NCBI GenBank assembly: GCA_963661675.1
Contig: CAVLCS010000001.1
Span: 21,633-85,632 of the forward strand
Source of the DNA: Bulleidia sp.
GTDB lineage: Bacteria; Bacillota; Clostridia; Oscillospirales; Butyricicoccaceae
Direction: 5' to 3'
DNA: 64,000 bases
Shown: piece after piece, positions 8,647-17,960 of the stretch
Layout of the letters: the number at the start of each line of letters is the position of its first letter
Numbering within the stretch: position 1 is the first letter of the stretch
The notes under the pieces: model-generated
Databases searched by the model: none
The model's input: the letters and a program-made list of their open reading frames with translations, nothing else
What the model was told of the DNA's origin: nothing
Program-made: the position numbers and the translations under genes

Positions 8647-10017
8647 TTATTCGTAGAACGCCTTGACGTCGGTGTGCTTGCTGATCTCACCGCGCAGATC
8701 GAACATGGCGGTGTACGTCGGCATGAGGAACGCCGGTGTTGCGTCCGAGCCGATCTCGGTCAGCAGCTTATCGTACTCGCGGATGACTTCGATCCGCTCG
8801 GGTGCGAAGCCTGCGTACTTGAGACGCAGCGCCATATCGTCCGCACGCACGCCGGAAACCAGCACGCGCGTAAAGCGGACCTGCTGCTCGGCGAGTGCTT
8901 CAAAGTCAACGTCCCAGATCCAGCTGATGTCCGTGCCGTCCGCAAAGCGGTCGTTGAGCAGGAACGCCAGCTTGTAATTGCCCTCGTCGTGCGCGATGAG
9001 GTTGATAACCTGATTGAAGCCGGCCGGATTCTTGACCAGCATCATGCGCGCCTGCGCCTGTCCGAGCGTGAACTGCTCGGCACGGCCGAAACCGCACTCG
9101 AACTGCGAAAGAGCGCTGACCGCGGTCTGCTCATCAATACCGACCACATGCGCAACCGCGGCCTCTGCGGCAGCGTTGTAGATGTTGTAGCCGCCCGGCA
9201 GGTTGACGTGCACCTCGTGCTCGTGTCCGAAAATATCGAGCACAATGTCGGACGAATCCGCACCGGTGGCGAGTACCTTGGTGACAGCGACCTGCGGATT
9301 CTGGCGGTGATAGCCGCACTTCGGGCAGCGGAAACCGCCAAGATGGCCGTAGGTGATGTAATCGTACTCGTATTCGGTCTTGCAGTGGATGCAGTACGGT
9401 GCGTCGGACAGCTCGTGTGCGGTCTCCTTGTAAATGGGCACGTTGACGCCGAACCAGACGATCTTGTTCGGCACGTTGTCCGCCAGAGAAGCGGTCAGCG
9501 AGCAGTCCGCGTTGAGACACAGGGTCGCGTTCGGCACATGCGTAATGCCCTCGCGAATGGCGTTCAGCGTGTGCGTGATTTCGCCGTAGCGGTCAAGCTG
9601 GTCGCGGAAAATGTTGTTGACGACCAGACATTCGACCGGCAGGTATTCACTGGTCTTGCGGAAGGCAGCCTCGTCACACTCGATGAGCGCGTGTGTATAC
9701 GGGCATTTGCCCGACAGGGTGGAGTGCTGCGCGAATACCGCGATAATGCCGGTCAGCAGGTTTGCGCCCGACTTGTTGGAGAAATATTTGAGTCCCGCAT
9801 CGGCAAACGCCTGCTCGATCATGCGGGAGGTGGTGGTCTTGCCGTTCGTGCCGGTCACGACCGTGACCTTTACGCCGCGCGACAGCTCACCGAGGATGTT
9901 TTTATCGATTTTCAGCGCCAGCTTGCCCGGCAGGTTGGTGCCGCCGCGTCCCAGCTTTCGCAGAACAGCGCCCGATGCCTTGCACACCAGCACCGCCAGT
10001 CTGGTTTGGAGTTTCAT
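8647..10017 (-). CDS. murT: Lipid II isoglutaminyl synthase Mur-ligase subunit
   Basis: GGTNLPGK, VTGTNGKTTT, RDQLDRYGE, CIHC/CPKC, LVKNPAG, DGTDISWIWDVDFE. Confidence 0.9.
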   Translation of the reverse strand: MKLQTRLAVLVCKASGAVLRKLGRGGTNLPGKLALKIDKNILGELSRGVKVTVVTGTNGKTTTSRMIEQAFADAGLKYFSNKSGANLLTGIIAVFAQHSTLSGKCPYTHALIECDEAAFRKTSEYLPVECLVVNNIFRDQLDRYGEITHTLNAIREGITHVPNATLCLNADCSLTASLADNVPNKIVWFGVNVPIYKETAHELSDAPYCIHCKTEYEYDYITYGHLGGFRCPKCGYHRQNPQVAVTKVLATGADSSDIVLDIFGHEHEVHVNLPGGYNIYNAAAEAAVAHVVGIDEQTAVSALSQFECGFGRAEQFTLGQAQARMMLVKNPAGFNQVINLIAHDEGNYKLAFLLNDRFADGTDISWIWDVDFEALAEQQVRFTRVLVSGVRADDMALRLKYAGFAPERIEVIREYDKLLTEIGSDATPAFLMPTYTAMFDLRGEISKHTDVKAFYE

Positions 10018-10048
10018 TGCTGTAACCTCTTTTTCAAGTCATATAAAT

Positions 10049-10213
10049 AAGGCAATACCACATAATTGAACAAGAGCGGTTTGCGAGTAAATTTTGCGTG
10101 CTGACAAGGCGTGATTTTAAGGTAATACTTGACGTATTACCTTGAAATCACAACGAAGTCAGGGCACAAAATTTCCGCAAAACGCCGCAGCTTTAATTGT
10201 GCGGTATTGTCTT
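10049..10213. repeat. ~165-bp long imperfect palindrome (ERIC-like), copy 1
   Basis: AAGGCAATACC...GGTATTGTCTT termini; homologous to 19381-19542. Confidence 0.7.
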
Positions 10214-10395
10214 TAGTATATCGCATTTTTGGGCATAGCACAAGAAAGAAAATCGACAACAAATGCGCTTAGCGGAACCGGTTCCTTGTTCATGCGGCGA
10301 TAACGCGCTCAATACGAAAAGACACATTGTCCTGCGATACAGGTATAAAAATACTCGTCTTTTTGCTGAAAAAGACGAGTTGTGGTCTGAAGTGG

Positions 10396-10424
10396 TTGCA
10401 TTGTGTCGATTTATATGCTATATT
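10396..10424 (+). promoter_or_regulatory. Sigma-A promoter of toxin mRNA
   Basis: TTGCAT-17 bp-TATATT with extended -10 TG. Confidence 0.65.
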
Positions 10425-10520
10425 TTATTCAGGCGTTGTTAAACGGCAAAAGCGGTTGATCCCCTGCACAGGTCAGGGGTACTTCCAGTCCCCTGTTCGT
10501 AAAGAAAGGGGGTCTGTTCT

Positions 10521-10607
10521 ATGAGTACATTGGAAGTGTTACAACTCTTCTTGGTAATCATCGGAATCTGCGATCTGTTTCTTCAGATTTTTAACGCAAA
10601 GAAGTAA
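10521..10607 (+). CDS. 28-aa hydrophobic peptide, putative type I toxin
   Basis: MSTLEVLQLFLVIIGICDLFLQIFNAKK; SD GAAAGGGGG held in a hairpin; convergent antisense promoter. Confidence 0.75.
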   Translation: MSTLEVLQLFLVIIGICDLFLQIFNAKK

Positions 10608-10690
10608 CCGCCGAGCCTCCAAGCAAGCGGTTACTTCAATGTAAGTAATTAGCCGGGGACCAACTGCTTTGCCGTCAGCGCCCTTTTGAT
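10597..10690 (-). ncRNA. Putative antisense antitoxin RNA
   Basis: Minus-strand promoter at 10725-10697; hairpin GAAGTAACCGC/GCGGTTACTTC at 10601-10637 as its terminator. Confidence 0.65.
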
Positions 10691-10696
10691 ATCTTT

Positions 10697-10725
10697 ATTA
10701 TAGCATCGCCGGACCAATCCGTCAA
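10697..10725 (-). promoter_or_regulatory. Near-consensus sigma-A promoter (antitoxin)
   Basis: TTGACG-17 bp-TATAAT with extended -10 TG on the minus strand. Confidence 0.75.
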
Positions 10726-10807
10726 CCGCAAACCATCCAGTTTGCCAAAGGCAACAATTCGGCGTGCATATTGACATTTTTATGCGCATATGCTATCATA
10801 AAGCGCA

Positions 10808-10903
10808 ATAAGGGAGTAGTCGGCGCGGATGTTCCGCCGCGCGGCAGAGCCAACATACTGAGGAGGACGCTCCTCTGGTTTTGCATGAAATGACGAGACT
10901 TAT
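10808..10903 (+). ncRNA. yybP-ykoY manganese riboswitch aptamer
   Basis: ATAAGGGAGTAG...CAACATAC...GACGAGACTTAT; upstream of mntP; TTGACA/TATCAT promoter at 10772-10799. Confidence 0.85.
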
Positions 10904-10933
10904 CTGTTCTACGCGGCAGATGGGTCTTTTTTT
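10896..10933 (+). terminator. Riboswitch expression-platform terminator
   Basis: AGACTTATCTG...CAGATGGGTCT plus T-run, overlapping the aptamer 3' strand. Confidence 0.75.
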
Positions 10934-10975
10934 GTGCCTGTTTTCTGCCGGATAAACGACTGAGGAGGACAAGAA

Positions 10976-11539
10976 ATGGGTTTATTGGAGTTATTTTTTA
11001 TCGCGGTCGGTCTGTCGATGGACGCGTTCGCGGTGTCCATCTGCAAGGGACTGAGCGTGCGCACGCTCAAGCTGAAGCACGCCGTGATCTGCGGCCTGTA
11101 CTTCGGCGGATTTCAGATCTTAATGCCGCTCATCGGCTTTGCACTCGGTGTGCGGTTCCAGTCGCTCATCACGAGCATCGACCACTGGATCGCATTCGTG
11201 CTGCTGGCGCTCATCGGCGCAAACATGGTGCGCGAGTCGCGCGAGCACGACGACGAAAACGTCAGCGATTCGTTCACCTTCATGACCATGCTGCCGCTGG
11301 CCGTGGCTACGAGCATTGACGCACTGGCTGTTGGCGTGACGTTTGCATTCCTGCAGGTCAATATCGTTCCGGCGGTGACGTTTATCGGTGCAACGACATT
11401 TACGCTGTCGTGCATCGGCGTCAAGATCGGTCATGTGTTCGGCACTAAATATAAGTCCCGTGCGGAGCTGTTCGGCGGCATCGTACTGATCCTGATGGGT
11501 CTTAAAATCCTGCTCGAGCACTTGGGTTTCTTAGGTTAA
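10976..11539 (+). CDS. mntP: Manganese efflux pump
   Basis: [33 protein letters not shown]. Confidence 0.93.
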   Translation: MGLLELFFIAVGLSMDAFAVSICKGLSVRTLKLKHAVICGLYFGGFQILMPLIGFALGVRFQSLITSIDHWIAFVLLALIGANMVRESREHDDENVSDSFTFMTMLPLAVATSIDALAVGVTFAFLQVNIVPAVTFIGATTFTLSCIGVKIGHVFGTKYKSRAELFGGIVLILMGLKILLEHLGFLG

Positions 11540-11546
11540 GCAACAG

Positions 11547-11575
11547 AAAAGGCACCTCATTGAGGTGCCTTTTTT
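11547..11575. terminator. Bidirectional terminator
   Basis: AAAAGGCACCTCA-t-TGAGGTGCCTTTTT. Confidence 0.85.
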
Positions 11576-11609
11576 GCTGTCTCTATGTGTTTCGCGACAG
11601 TTGCGACGC

Positions 11610-12527
11610 TTATTCCGCAGCCGCCTGCACGCCTGCCATATCCTGCACGGTCTTGCAGGTCAGCTCCTTGCTGATCTTGCCCGCAAAGCCGGTCAAGGTC
11701 TTGCCGGGGCCGATTTCGCATGCCGAGGTCAGACCGGCAGCCATGCCGTTCTTGACCAGCTGGGTCCAGCGAACCGGAGAAACCATGTGCTGCTCGAGAT
11801 GTGCCGGAAGGTCGGAGCAATCGTAAACCTTGCCGTCCAGATTGGAGTAAATATCCATCTTGGGTGCAGAGAAGGTAAAGTCCGCAACGTAAGCGCGCAG
11901 CTCCGCGGCAGCCTTGGCCATCAGCGGGGTGTGGAATGCACCGGATACCGCAAGTGGGAGCGCACGGCGTGCGCCTGCAGCCTTGCAGTTCTCGATCGCC
12001 TCCGCCAGAGCGGCCTTTTCGCCTGCGATAACCAGCTGACCCGGGCAGTTGTAGTTTACCGGACGGACCACGCCGGAAGTCACCTTAGCGCAAGCCTCCT
12101 CAATCACGGCATCCTCCAGGCCGAGGATAGCCGCCATGCCGCCGTCGATCGAATCCGCTGCCTGCTGCATCAGCTTACCGCGCATGGAAACGATCTTCAC
12201 GCCGTCCGCGAGGGAAACAACGCCTGCTGCCGCCAGTGCGGTGTACTCGCCGAGCGAGAAGCCTGCGGCTGCCTTAAATTCCACGCCGGCTTCCTTTAAT
12301 GCAGCCCAAGCTGCCATGGAATGGGTGAAAATAGCGATCTGGCTGTTCTCAGTGCGGGAGAGCGTTGCCTTGTCGCTATCAAAGCACAGCTTGGCTACAT
12401 CCAGACCGGCGCCGTCGCTTGCTTCCTCAAAAACCAGCTTGGCCGCCTGCGAATTTTCATAAAGATCCTTGCCCATGCCGGGTGCCTGAGCACCCTGACC
12501 CGGGAAAAATGCAAAACCGTAGTTCAC
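11610..12527 (-). CDS. fabD: Malonyl-CoA:ACP transacylase (GTG start)
   Basis: FFPGQGAQ, AGFSLGEY, NYNCPGQLVI, VSGAFHT; SD GGAGG. Confidence 0.93.
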   Translation of the reverse strand: MNYGFAFFPGQGAQAPGMGKDLYENSQAAKLVFEEASDGAGLDVAKLCFDSDKATLSRTENSQIAIFTHSMAAWAALKEAGVEFKAAAGFSLGEYTALAAAGVVSLADGVKIVSMRGKLMQQAADSIDGGMAAILGLEDAVIEEACAKVTSGVVRPVNYNCPGQLVIAGEKAALAEAIENCKAAGARRALPLAVSGAFHTPLMAKAAAELRAYVADFTFSAPKMDIYSNLDGKVYDCSDLPAHLEQHMVSPVRWTQLVKNGMAAGLTSACEIGPGKTLTGFAGKISKELTCKTVQDMAGVQAAAE

Positions 12528-12621
12528 GTTCTGTTCCTCCAAAATAATAATCAAACGATGACAGCACCGTATTTTAATAGATATTTTTGCGCAAAGTGTT
12601 GCTAAATAATAACGGTCTGCC

Positions 12622-12650
12622 TTGACAATTTACTGTGCTTTTATTATAAT
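12622..12650 (+). promoter_or_regulatory. Perfect-consensus sigma-A promoter of fabH
   Basis: TTGACA-17 bp-TATAAT. Confidence 0.8.
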
Positions 12651-12729
12651 AGTCGAAGAATACTTTGTCAATCTAACTATTGTCGCTTTTCCACGCTTTT
12701 TGGGAGAGCGATTTGGACTTTTTGGGAGC

Positions 12730-13719
12730 GTGGAAATCATCAACAGTAAACTGATCGGCACGGGCGCGTGTATCCCGGACTTTGTCCTGACCAACGCCAT
12801 GCTGGAAAAAATGGTAGATACCAACGACGAATGGATCGTACAGCGCACGGGTGTGCGCGAACGCCGTATCGCAAAGAATACACATACCTGGGAGCTTGCT
12901 CTCGGTGCCGCACAGGACGCCCTCGCGGACGCAGGCATTTCTGCAGAGGAGCTTGACCTTATCCTCGTCAGCACCTGCACGCCGGATACCAACACGCCGA
13001 ACACGGCGGCAATCCTGCAGGACAAGCTGGGTGCGCGTCAGGTCGGCGCGTTCGACATCAATAACGCCTGCACCGGCTTTGTTTCCGCGACCGACATTGC
13101 GGACAGCTACATTAAATCCGGCAAGGCCAAGACCGTGCTGGTTGTCTCGGCAGAGACGCTTTCGCGCATCGTAGACTACACCGACCGCTCGACCTGCATT
13201 CTGTTCGGCGACGGTGCCGCTGCCGCTGTTTATCAGGCGACCGAGGACGAGACCGTCGGCATTCTGTCCACATTCAGCGCGGCAGACGGCTCGGGCGCGG
13301 AATACCTGCATATGCAGGCGCTGCCGGTCGAAGATCCGTTCTCTGATGACCGCTCGGTAGACCCGAAGGCGCGTTACCTCAAGATGCAGGGTGCACCGGT
13401 CGTGCGCTTCACCGCAAGAGCCGTGCCGCTCGCTATCGATACCGCCCTCAAGCGGGCCGGTGTCACCGCAGAAGACATTGACTGGGTAGTGCCGCATCAG
13501 GCGAATCTGCGTATTCTGGACGTTATCGCGCGGCGCTATCATCTTCCCAAGGAGAAGATCTACGTCAATATGGACCGCTTCGGCAATACCTCGTCGGCGA
13601 GCGTGCCGATCTGCCTGAATGAAATGCGCAAGAACGGCCTGCTGAAGGAAGGACAGACCATCGTCTGCACCGGTTTCGGCGGAGGCTTGACTTATGGCGC
13701 ATTTGTGATTAAACTGTAA
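12730..13719 (+). CDS. fabH: 3-oxoacyl-ACP synthase III (start uncertain)
   Basis: DTNDEWIVQRTG, NACTGF, LFGDGA, PHQAN, GNTSSAS, GFGGGLT. Confidence 0.93.
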   Translation: MEIINSKLIGTGACIPDFVLTNAMLEKMVDTNDEWIVQRTGVRERRIAKNTHTWELALGAAQDALADAGISAEELDLILVSTCTPDTNTPNTAAILQDKLGARQVGAFDINNACTGFVSATDIADSYIKSGKAKTVLVVSAETLSRIVDYTDRSTCILFGDGAAAAVYQATEDETVGILSTFSAADGSGAEYLHMQALPVEDPFSDDRSVDPKARYLKMQGAPVVRFTARAVPLAIDTALKRAGVTAEDIDWVVPHQANLRILDVIARRYHLPKEKIYVNMDRFGNTSSASVPICLNEMRKNGLLKEGQTIVCTGFGGGLTYGAFVIKL

Positions 13720-13892
13720 TATTGGAATATAAGGCATATCTTAGGGAATACCGGACAGCTGGAAACAGCCGTCCGGCATTATCTGTTAGACAAATTTCAG
13801 ACAAATTGTCTAAAATATGCACACTGTCTATTATTTATGGAAAAATTGTGTTATAATAATTTACTACCTATTAAAAAGGGGAGAACAAACCT

Positions 13893-14840
13893 ATGAAAAC
13901 CAAGATCACAGAACTTCTCGGTATTGAATATCCGATCGTGCAGGGCGCTATGGCGTGGATCGCGGAGCACCATCTGGCTGCAGCGGTTTCCAAGGCAGGC
14001 GGTCTGGGCATTATCGCGGGCGGCGCGGCTCCGGTCGATTATATCCGCGAGGAGATCCATAAGGCTCGTGCCATCACGGACAAGCCGCTCGGTATGAACA
14101 TCATGCTGCTCTCCCCGAATGCGGACGATCTGGCACAGCTGGCTATCGATGAGAAGATCGAAGTGCTGACCACCGGCGCAGGCAATCCGGGCAAGTATAT
14201 CGCGGACTGGAAGAACGCAGGCATTAAGGTTATGCCGGTCGTAGCGTCCGTTGCACTGGCTAAGCGCATGGAGCGTGCCGGCGCAGACGCCGTTATCGCA
14301 GAGGGTATGGAAGGCGGCGGCCACATCGGCGAGCTGACCACCATGCCGCTCGTTCCGCAGGTCGTAGACGCACTGAGCATTCCGGTCATCGCCGCAGGCG
14401 GTATCGCTGACGGCCGCGGCATGGCAGCTGCCATGATGCTCGGCGCAGAAGGCGTGCAGTGCGGCACCGTGTTCCTCGCGTCCAACGAGTGCTACATTTC
14501 GGATAAGTATAAGGAACTCGTCCTCAAGGCAACCGATATTTCGACCGTTGTCACCGGCCGTCCGTCCGGTCATCCGGTCCGTTCGCTCAAGACCCCGATG
14601 GCGCGTAAGTGCCTCGAACTCGAGAAGCAGAACACCGATGCGTCCCTCGAGGAGCTCGAGAAGGCAACCGCGGGTTCTCTGCGTAAGGCCGTGCAGGACG
14701 GCAACTATGAGGAAGGCACCTTCATGTCCGGTCAGATCGCAGGTATGCTCAAGGAGCTGCACCCGTGCGAGGAAATCCTCAAGGGCATGACCGCTCAGGC
14801 GGAGGACCTGCTCAAGAACGCTTACAAGAGATTTGAATAA
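13893..14840 (+). CDS. fabK: Enoyl-ACP reductase II
   Basis: YPIVQGAMAWI, EGMEGGGHIG, AAGGIADGRG, MSGQIAG. Confidence 0.92.
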   Translation: MKTKITELLGIEYPIVQGAMAWIAEHHLAAAVSKAGGLGIIAGGAAPVDYIREEIHKARAITDKPLGMNIMLLSPNADDLAQLAIDEKIEVLTTGAGNPGKYIADWKNAGIKVMPVVASVALAKRMERAGADAVIAEGMEGGGHIGELTTMPLVPQVVDALSIPVIAAGGIADGRGMAAAMMLGAEGVQCGTVFLASNECYISDKYKELVLKATDISTVVTGRPSGHPVRSLKTPMARKCLELEKQNTDASLEELEKATAGSLRKAVQDGNYEEGTFMSGQIAGMLKELHPCEEILKGMTAQAEDLLKNAYKRFE

Positions 14841-14916
14841 GAGTGGAGAGTGAAGAGTGGAGAGTGAAGAGTGAAGAGTTACGAAAACTCCTCACTCCTA
14901 CCTCCTAATTCCTACC
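14838..14916. repeat. 7-bp periodic inverted-arm element
   Basis: Six heptads of G(A/G)AGAGT type, then ctcctca/ctcctac/ctcctaa/ttcctac. Confidence 0.75.
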
Positions 14917-14938
14917 TGTATATAGAATGGAGTAAACA

Positions 14939-15667
14939 ATGAGTTTAGCAATCGTAACCGGTGGTTCCCGCGGCATTGGCGCGGCAATCGCGGAAAAGCT
15001 GGCGCAGGACGGCTTTGACGTCCTCATCAACTGTGCGTCCTCGGTGGAAAAGGCCGAGGCTGTGGCTGAGAAGTGCCGCGCACATGGCGTTCAGGCTTAT
15101 GTGAAGAAGTGGGATGTTGCGGATTATGACGCATGCAACACCGCACTCAAGGAGATCAAAGAGGAGATCGGCGTACCGTTCGTTCTCGTCAACAATGCGG
15201 GCATCACCCGCGATGGTCTGATGGTCCGCATGAAGGAGGACCAGTTCGACGACGTTATCCGCACCAACCTCAAGGGCGCATTCAACATGCTCAGCCTGTG
15301 CGGTGCGATGATGATGCGTGCAAAACAGGGCCGCATTATCAACATCACCTCGGTTTCGGCGTTCACCGGAAACTACGGCCAGATCAACTACACCGCAGCC
15401 AAGGCGGGCATGGTCGGCATGACCAAGACCGCAGCCAAGGAGCTGGGTGCACGCGGCATTACGGTAAACGCAGTCGCTCCGGGCTGGATCGCCACCGAGA
15501 TGAGCGACAAGGTGCCGGAAGAGATTCGCGAGAACGCCAAGAAGCAGATCGCGCTCGGCCGTTTCGGCAAGCCGGAGGAAATCGCAGGCGTGGTTGCATT
15601 CCTCGCATCCGACGCTGCAAGCTATATTTCCGGCCAGACGATTATCGCAGACGGCGGACTTTACTAA
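14939..15667 (+). CDS. fabG: 3-oxoacyl-ACP reductase
   Basis: TGGSRGIG, NNAGITRD, NYTAAKAG. Confidence 0.94.
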   Translation: MSLAIVTGGSRGIGAAIAEKLAQDGFDVLINCASSVEKAEAVAEKCRAHGVQAYVKKWDVADYDACNTALKEIKEEIGVPFVLVNNAGITRDGLMVRMKEDQFDDVIRTNLKGAFNMLSLCGAMMMRAKQGRIINITSVSAFTGNYGQINYTAAKAGMVGMTKTAAKELGARGITVNAVAPGWIATEMSDKVPEEIRENAKKQIALGRFGKPEEIAGVVAFLASDAASYISGQTIIADGGLY

Positions 15668-15721
15668 GATTTGACACCGTACAGGGGTACGGTTGTGATA
15701 TTGGAATGAAGGAGTTAATAT

Positions 15722-16951
15722 ATGGAACGTGTAGTAATCACCGGCATGGGTGCCATCACTCCGGTCGGCAATGACGTGCCGACGTTTTGGGAGTCGCTCA
15801 AGACCGGCAAATGCGGCATCGGTCCCATCACCAAGTTTGATGTATCCGATTACAAGGTGAAGCTGGGTGCAGAGGTCAAGGACTTTGACCCGACCCAGTA
15901 CATTGAAAAGCGTGAAGCACGCCGTATGGATGCAAACGTACAGTTTGCGATGGCGGCTGCTATCCAGGCAGTAGAGCAGTCCGGCCTCAAGGAAGGCAAC
16001 TTCGATCCGTACCGCACGGGCGTTATCTTTGGCTCGGGTGTCGGCGGTCTGCACATCGCAGAGCAGGAGATCCCGAAGCTGCTGGAAAAGGGTCCGGGCC
16101 GTGTATCGCCGTTCTGCATTCCGGAGATGATCGCGAACATCGCGGCAGCCTATATCTCCATGCACTTCGGCTTCAAGGGCGAGAATTTCTGCCCGGTTTC
16201 CGCTTGTGCGACCGGCAACCACTCCATCGGTGAGGCCATGCGAGCAATCCGTCACGGCTATCAGGATGTGGTAGTCTGCGGCGGCACCGAGAACGGCATC
16301 ATCCCGATCTCGATGGCAGGCTTCCAGAACATGAAGGCAGTTCACATGGGTGAGGACCCGGCAGAGGCTTCCATCCCGTTTGACGCACGCCGTTCCGGCT
16401 TTGTCATGGGCGAAGGCGCAGGCTGCCTCGTGCTCGAGAGCCTGACGCACGCACAGCAGCGCGGCGCAACCATTCTGGCAGAGGTGGCAGGCTACGGCGC
16501 ATCCGGCGATGCTTACCACATCACTAGCCCGTCTCCGGACGGCGAAGCAGCAGCGCACGCCATCCGCGGTGCCATTGAGGACGCCGGTCTGACCCCGGCA
16601 GACGTTGATTATATCAACGCACACGGCACTTCCACGCCGCTGAACGAAAAGTACGAGACCATCGCCATCAAGAAGGCGTTCGGCGAGGAGGCTTACAACG
16701 TAAAGGTATCCTCCACCAAGTCCATGACCGGCCACCTGCTGGGCGGCGCGGCTGCGGTCGAGGCGATTGCCTGCGTTATGGCCATCCGTGAGGGCATTGT
16801 ACCGCCGACCATTGGCTACAAGGAGCCGGATCCGGAGTGCGATCTGGACATCACCCCGAACAACGCAGTTGAGATGCCGGTAAACGTTGCTATCTCTAAC
16901 TCGCTGGGCTTTGGCGGCCACAACGCCTGCATTCTGATCAAGAAAGTGTAA
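15722..16951 (+). CDS. fabF: 3-oxoacyl-ACP synthase II
   Basis: RVVITGMG, SACATG, AHGTSTP, GHLLG, SNSLGFGGHN. Confidence 0.95.
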   Translation: MERVVITGMGAITPVGNDVPTFWESLKTGKCGIGPITKFDVSDYKVKLGAEVKDFDPTQYIEKREARRMDANVQFAMAAAIQAVEQSGLKEGNFDPYRTGVIFGSGVGGLHIAEQEIPKLLEKGPGRVSPFCIPEMIANIAAAYISMHFGFKGENFCPVSACATGNHSIGEAMRAIRHGYQDVVVCGGTENGIIPISMAGFQNMKAVHMGEDPAEASIPFDARRSGFVMGEGAGCLVLESLTHAQQRGATILAEVAGYGASGDAYHITSPSPDGEAAAHAIRGAIEDAGLTPADVDYINAHGTSTPLNEKYETIAIKKAFGEEAYNVKVSSTKSMTGHLLGGAAAVEAIACVMAIREGIVPPTIGYKEPDPECDLDITPNNAVEMPVNVAISNSLGFGGHNACILIKKV

Positions 16952-16958
16952 CAGAACT

Positions 16959-17435
16959 ATGGATATCAAAGAACTGAAAGACGTTGCGCTCGAACTGATG
17001 GACGCACTGGCTGCAAAAAAGCTGGGCGAGGTCGAGATCGAGCTGGACGACGCAAAAATCAAGATCAAGGCGGCTGAACCGGCTCCGGTCATCGCGGCAG
17101 CATCGGTAGCAGCAGCAGCACCGGCAGCGGCTCCGGCGGCAGCACCCGCAGCAGCAGAGAGCGCAGACGCGGCTCCGGCAGCTGAGGAACAGCTTCCGGC
17201 GGGTACGCAGGTGAAAAGCCCGCTGGTCGGTACGTTTTATTCTTCTCCGTCGCCGGACGAACCGCCGTTCGTGCTAGTCGGCCAGCAGGTGAAGGAGGGT
17301 GATACCCTCTGCATCATCGAGGCGATGAAGATCATGAACGAGATCAAGGCACCGTGTGACGGCAAGGTCATCCGCATTATGGCACAGCCGGGCGATATGG
17401 TAGAGTATAACCAGGTGCTTTGCGTAATCGAGTAA
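16959..17435 (+). CDS. accB: Biotin carboxyl carrier protein
   Basis: SPLVGTFY, EAMKIMNEI, Ala/Pro linker. Confidence 0.94.
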   Translation: MDIKELKDVALELMDALAAKKLGEVEIELDDAKIKIKAAEPAPVIAAASVAAAAPAAAPAAAPAAAESADAAPAAEEQLPAGTQVKSPLVGTFYSSPSPDEPPFVLVGQQVKEGDTLCIIEAMKIMNEIKAPCDGKVIRIMAQPGDMVEYNQVLCVIE

Positions 17436-17514
17436 GATACGAACGACTGTTTTGCCGACAGAATGCAGTTTTGTCGGCAACAGTGTTGCTTTTTGTAAGG
17501 AGAGGGATTATAAT

Positions 17515-17940
17515 ATGCTGAACAAAGAACAGATCATGGAGATCCTTCCGCACCGTCCGCCGATGCTTCTGGTGGACGAGATCCTCGAAATGGACGAGAA
17601 CCATGTAGTCGGTGCCCTGCACCTGACCGGTGACGAGTTCTTCTTCCAGGGCCACTTCCCGGGCAACCCGATCATGCCCGCTGTGTTCCGTCTGGAGGCG
17701 CTCGCACAGGCAGGCGGCGTAGCACTGCTGTCCCTGCCTGAATTCAAGGGCAAGACCGCGGTCTACACCGGCATTGACAAGGCAAAGTTCCGCGCAATGG
17801 CAAAGCCGGGCGATACCCTTCGTCTGGAAGTCACCTTCACCAAGAGACGCGGCCCGATGGCAGTTGCCGAAGGCATTGCATGGGTCGGCGACGAGAAGGC
17901 TGCCGAAGCGGAGATCAAGTGCATGGTCATCAATGACTGA
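17515..17940 (+). CDS. fabZ: 3-hydroxyacyl-ACP dehydratase
   Basis: LPHRPPMLLVD, FQGHFPGNPIMP, EALAQ. Confidence 0.93.
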   Translation: MLNKEQIMEILPHRPPMLLVDEILEMDENHVVGALHLTGDEFFFQGHFPGNPIMPAVFRLEALAQAGGVALLSLPEFKGKTAVYTGIDKAKFRAMAKPGDTLRLEVTFTKRRGPMAVAEGIAWVGDEKAAEAEIKCMVIND

Positions 17941-17960
17941 GGCGGGAGAGAGTTAATCGA

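Noticed and set aside
10327..10524. 65-aa track ORF as the gene of this intergenic region
   Set aside because: It spans the predicted promoter and structured leader; the SD-supported ORF is 10521-10607
14945..17092. Long antisense ORFs (also 22903-24729, 29896-31890, 40096-42288, 8674-10050)
   Set aside because: Shadow frames of well-supported genes caused by GC-rich codon bias
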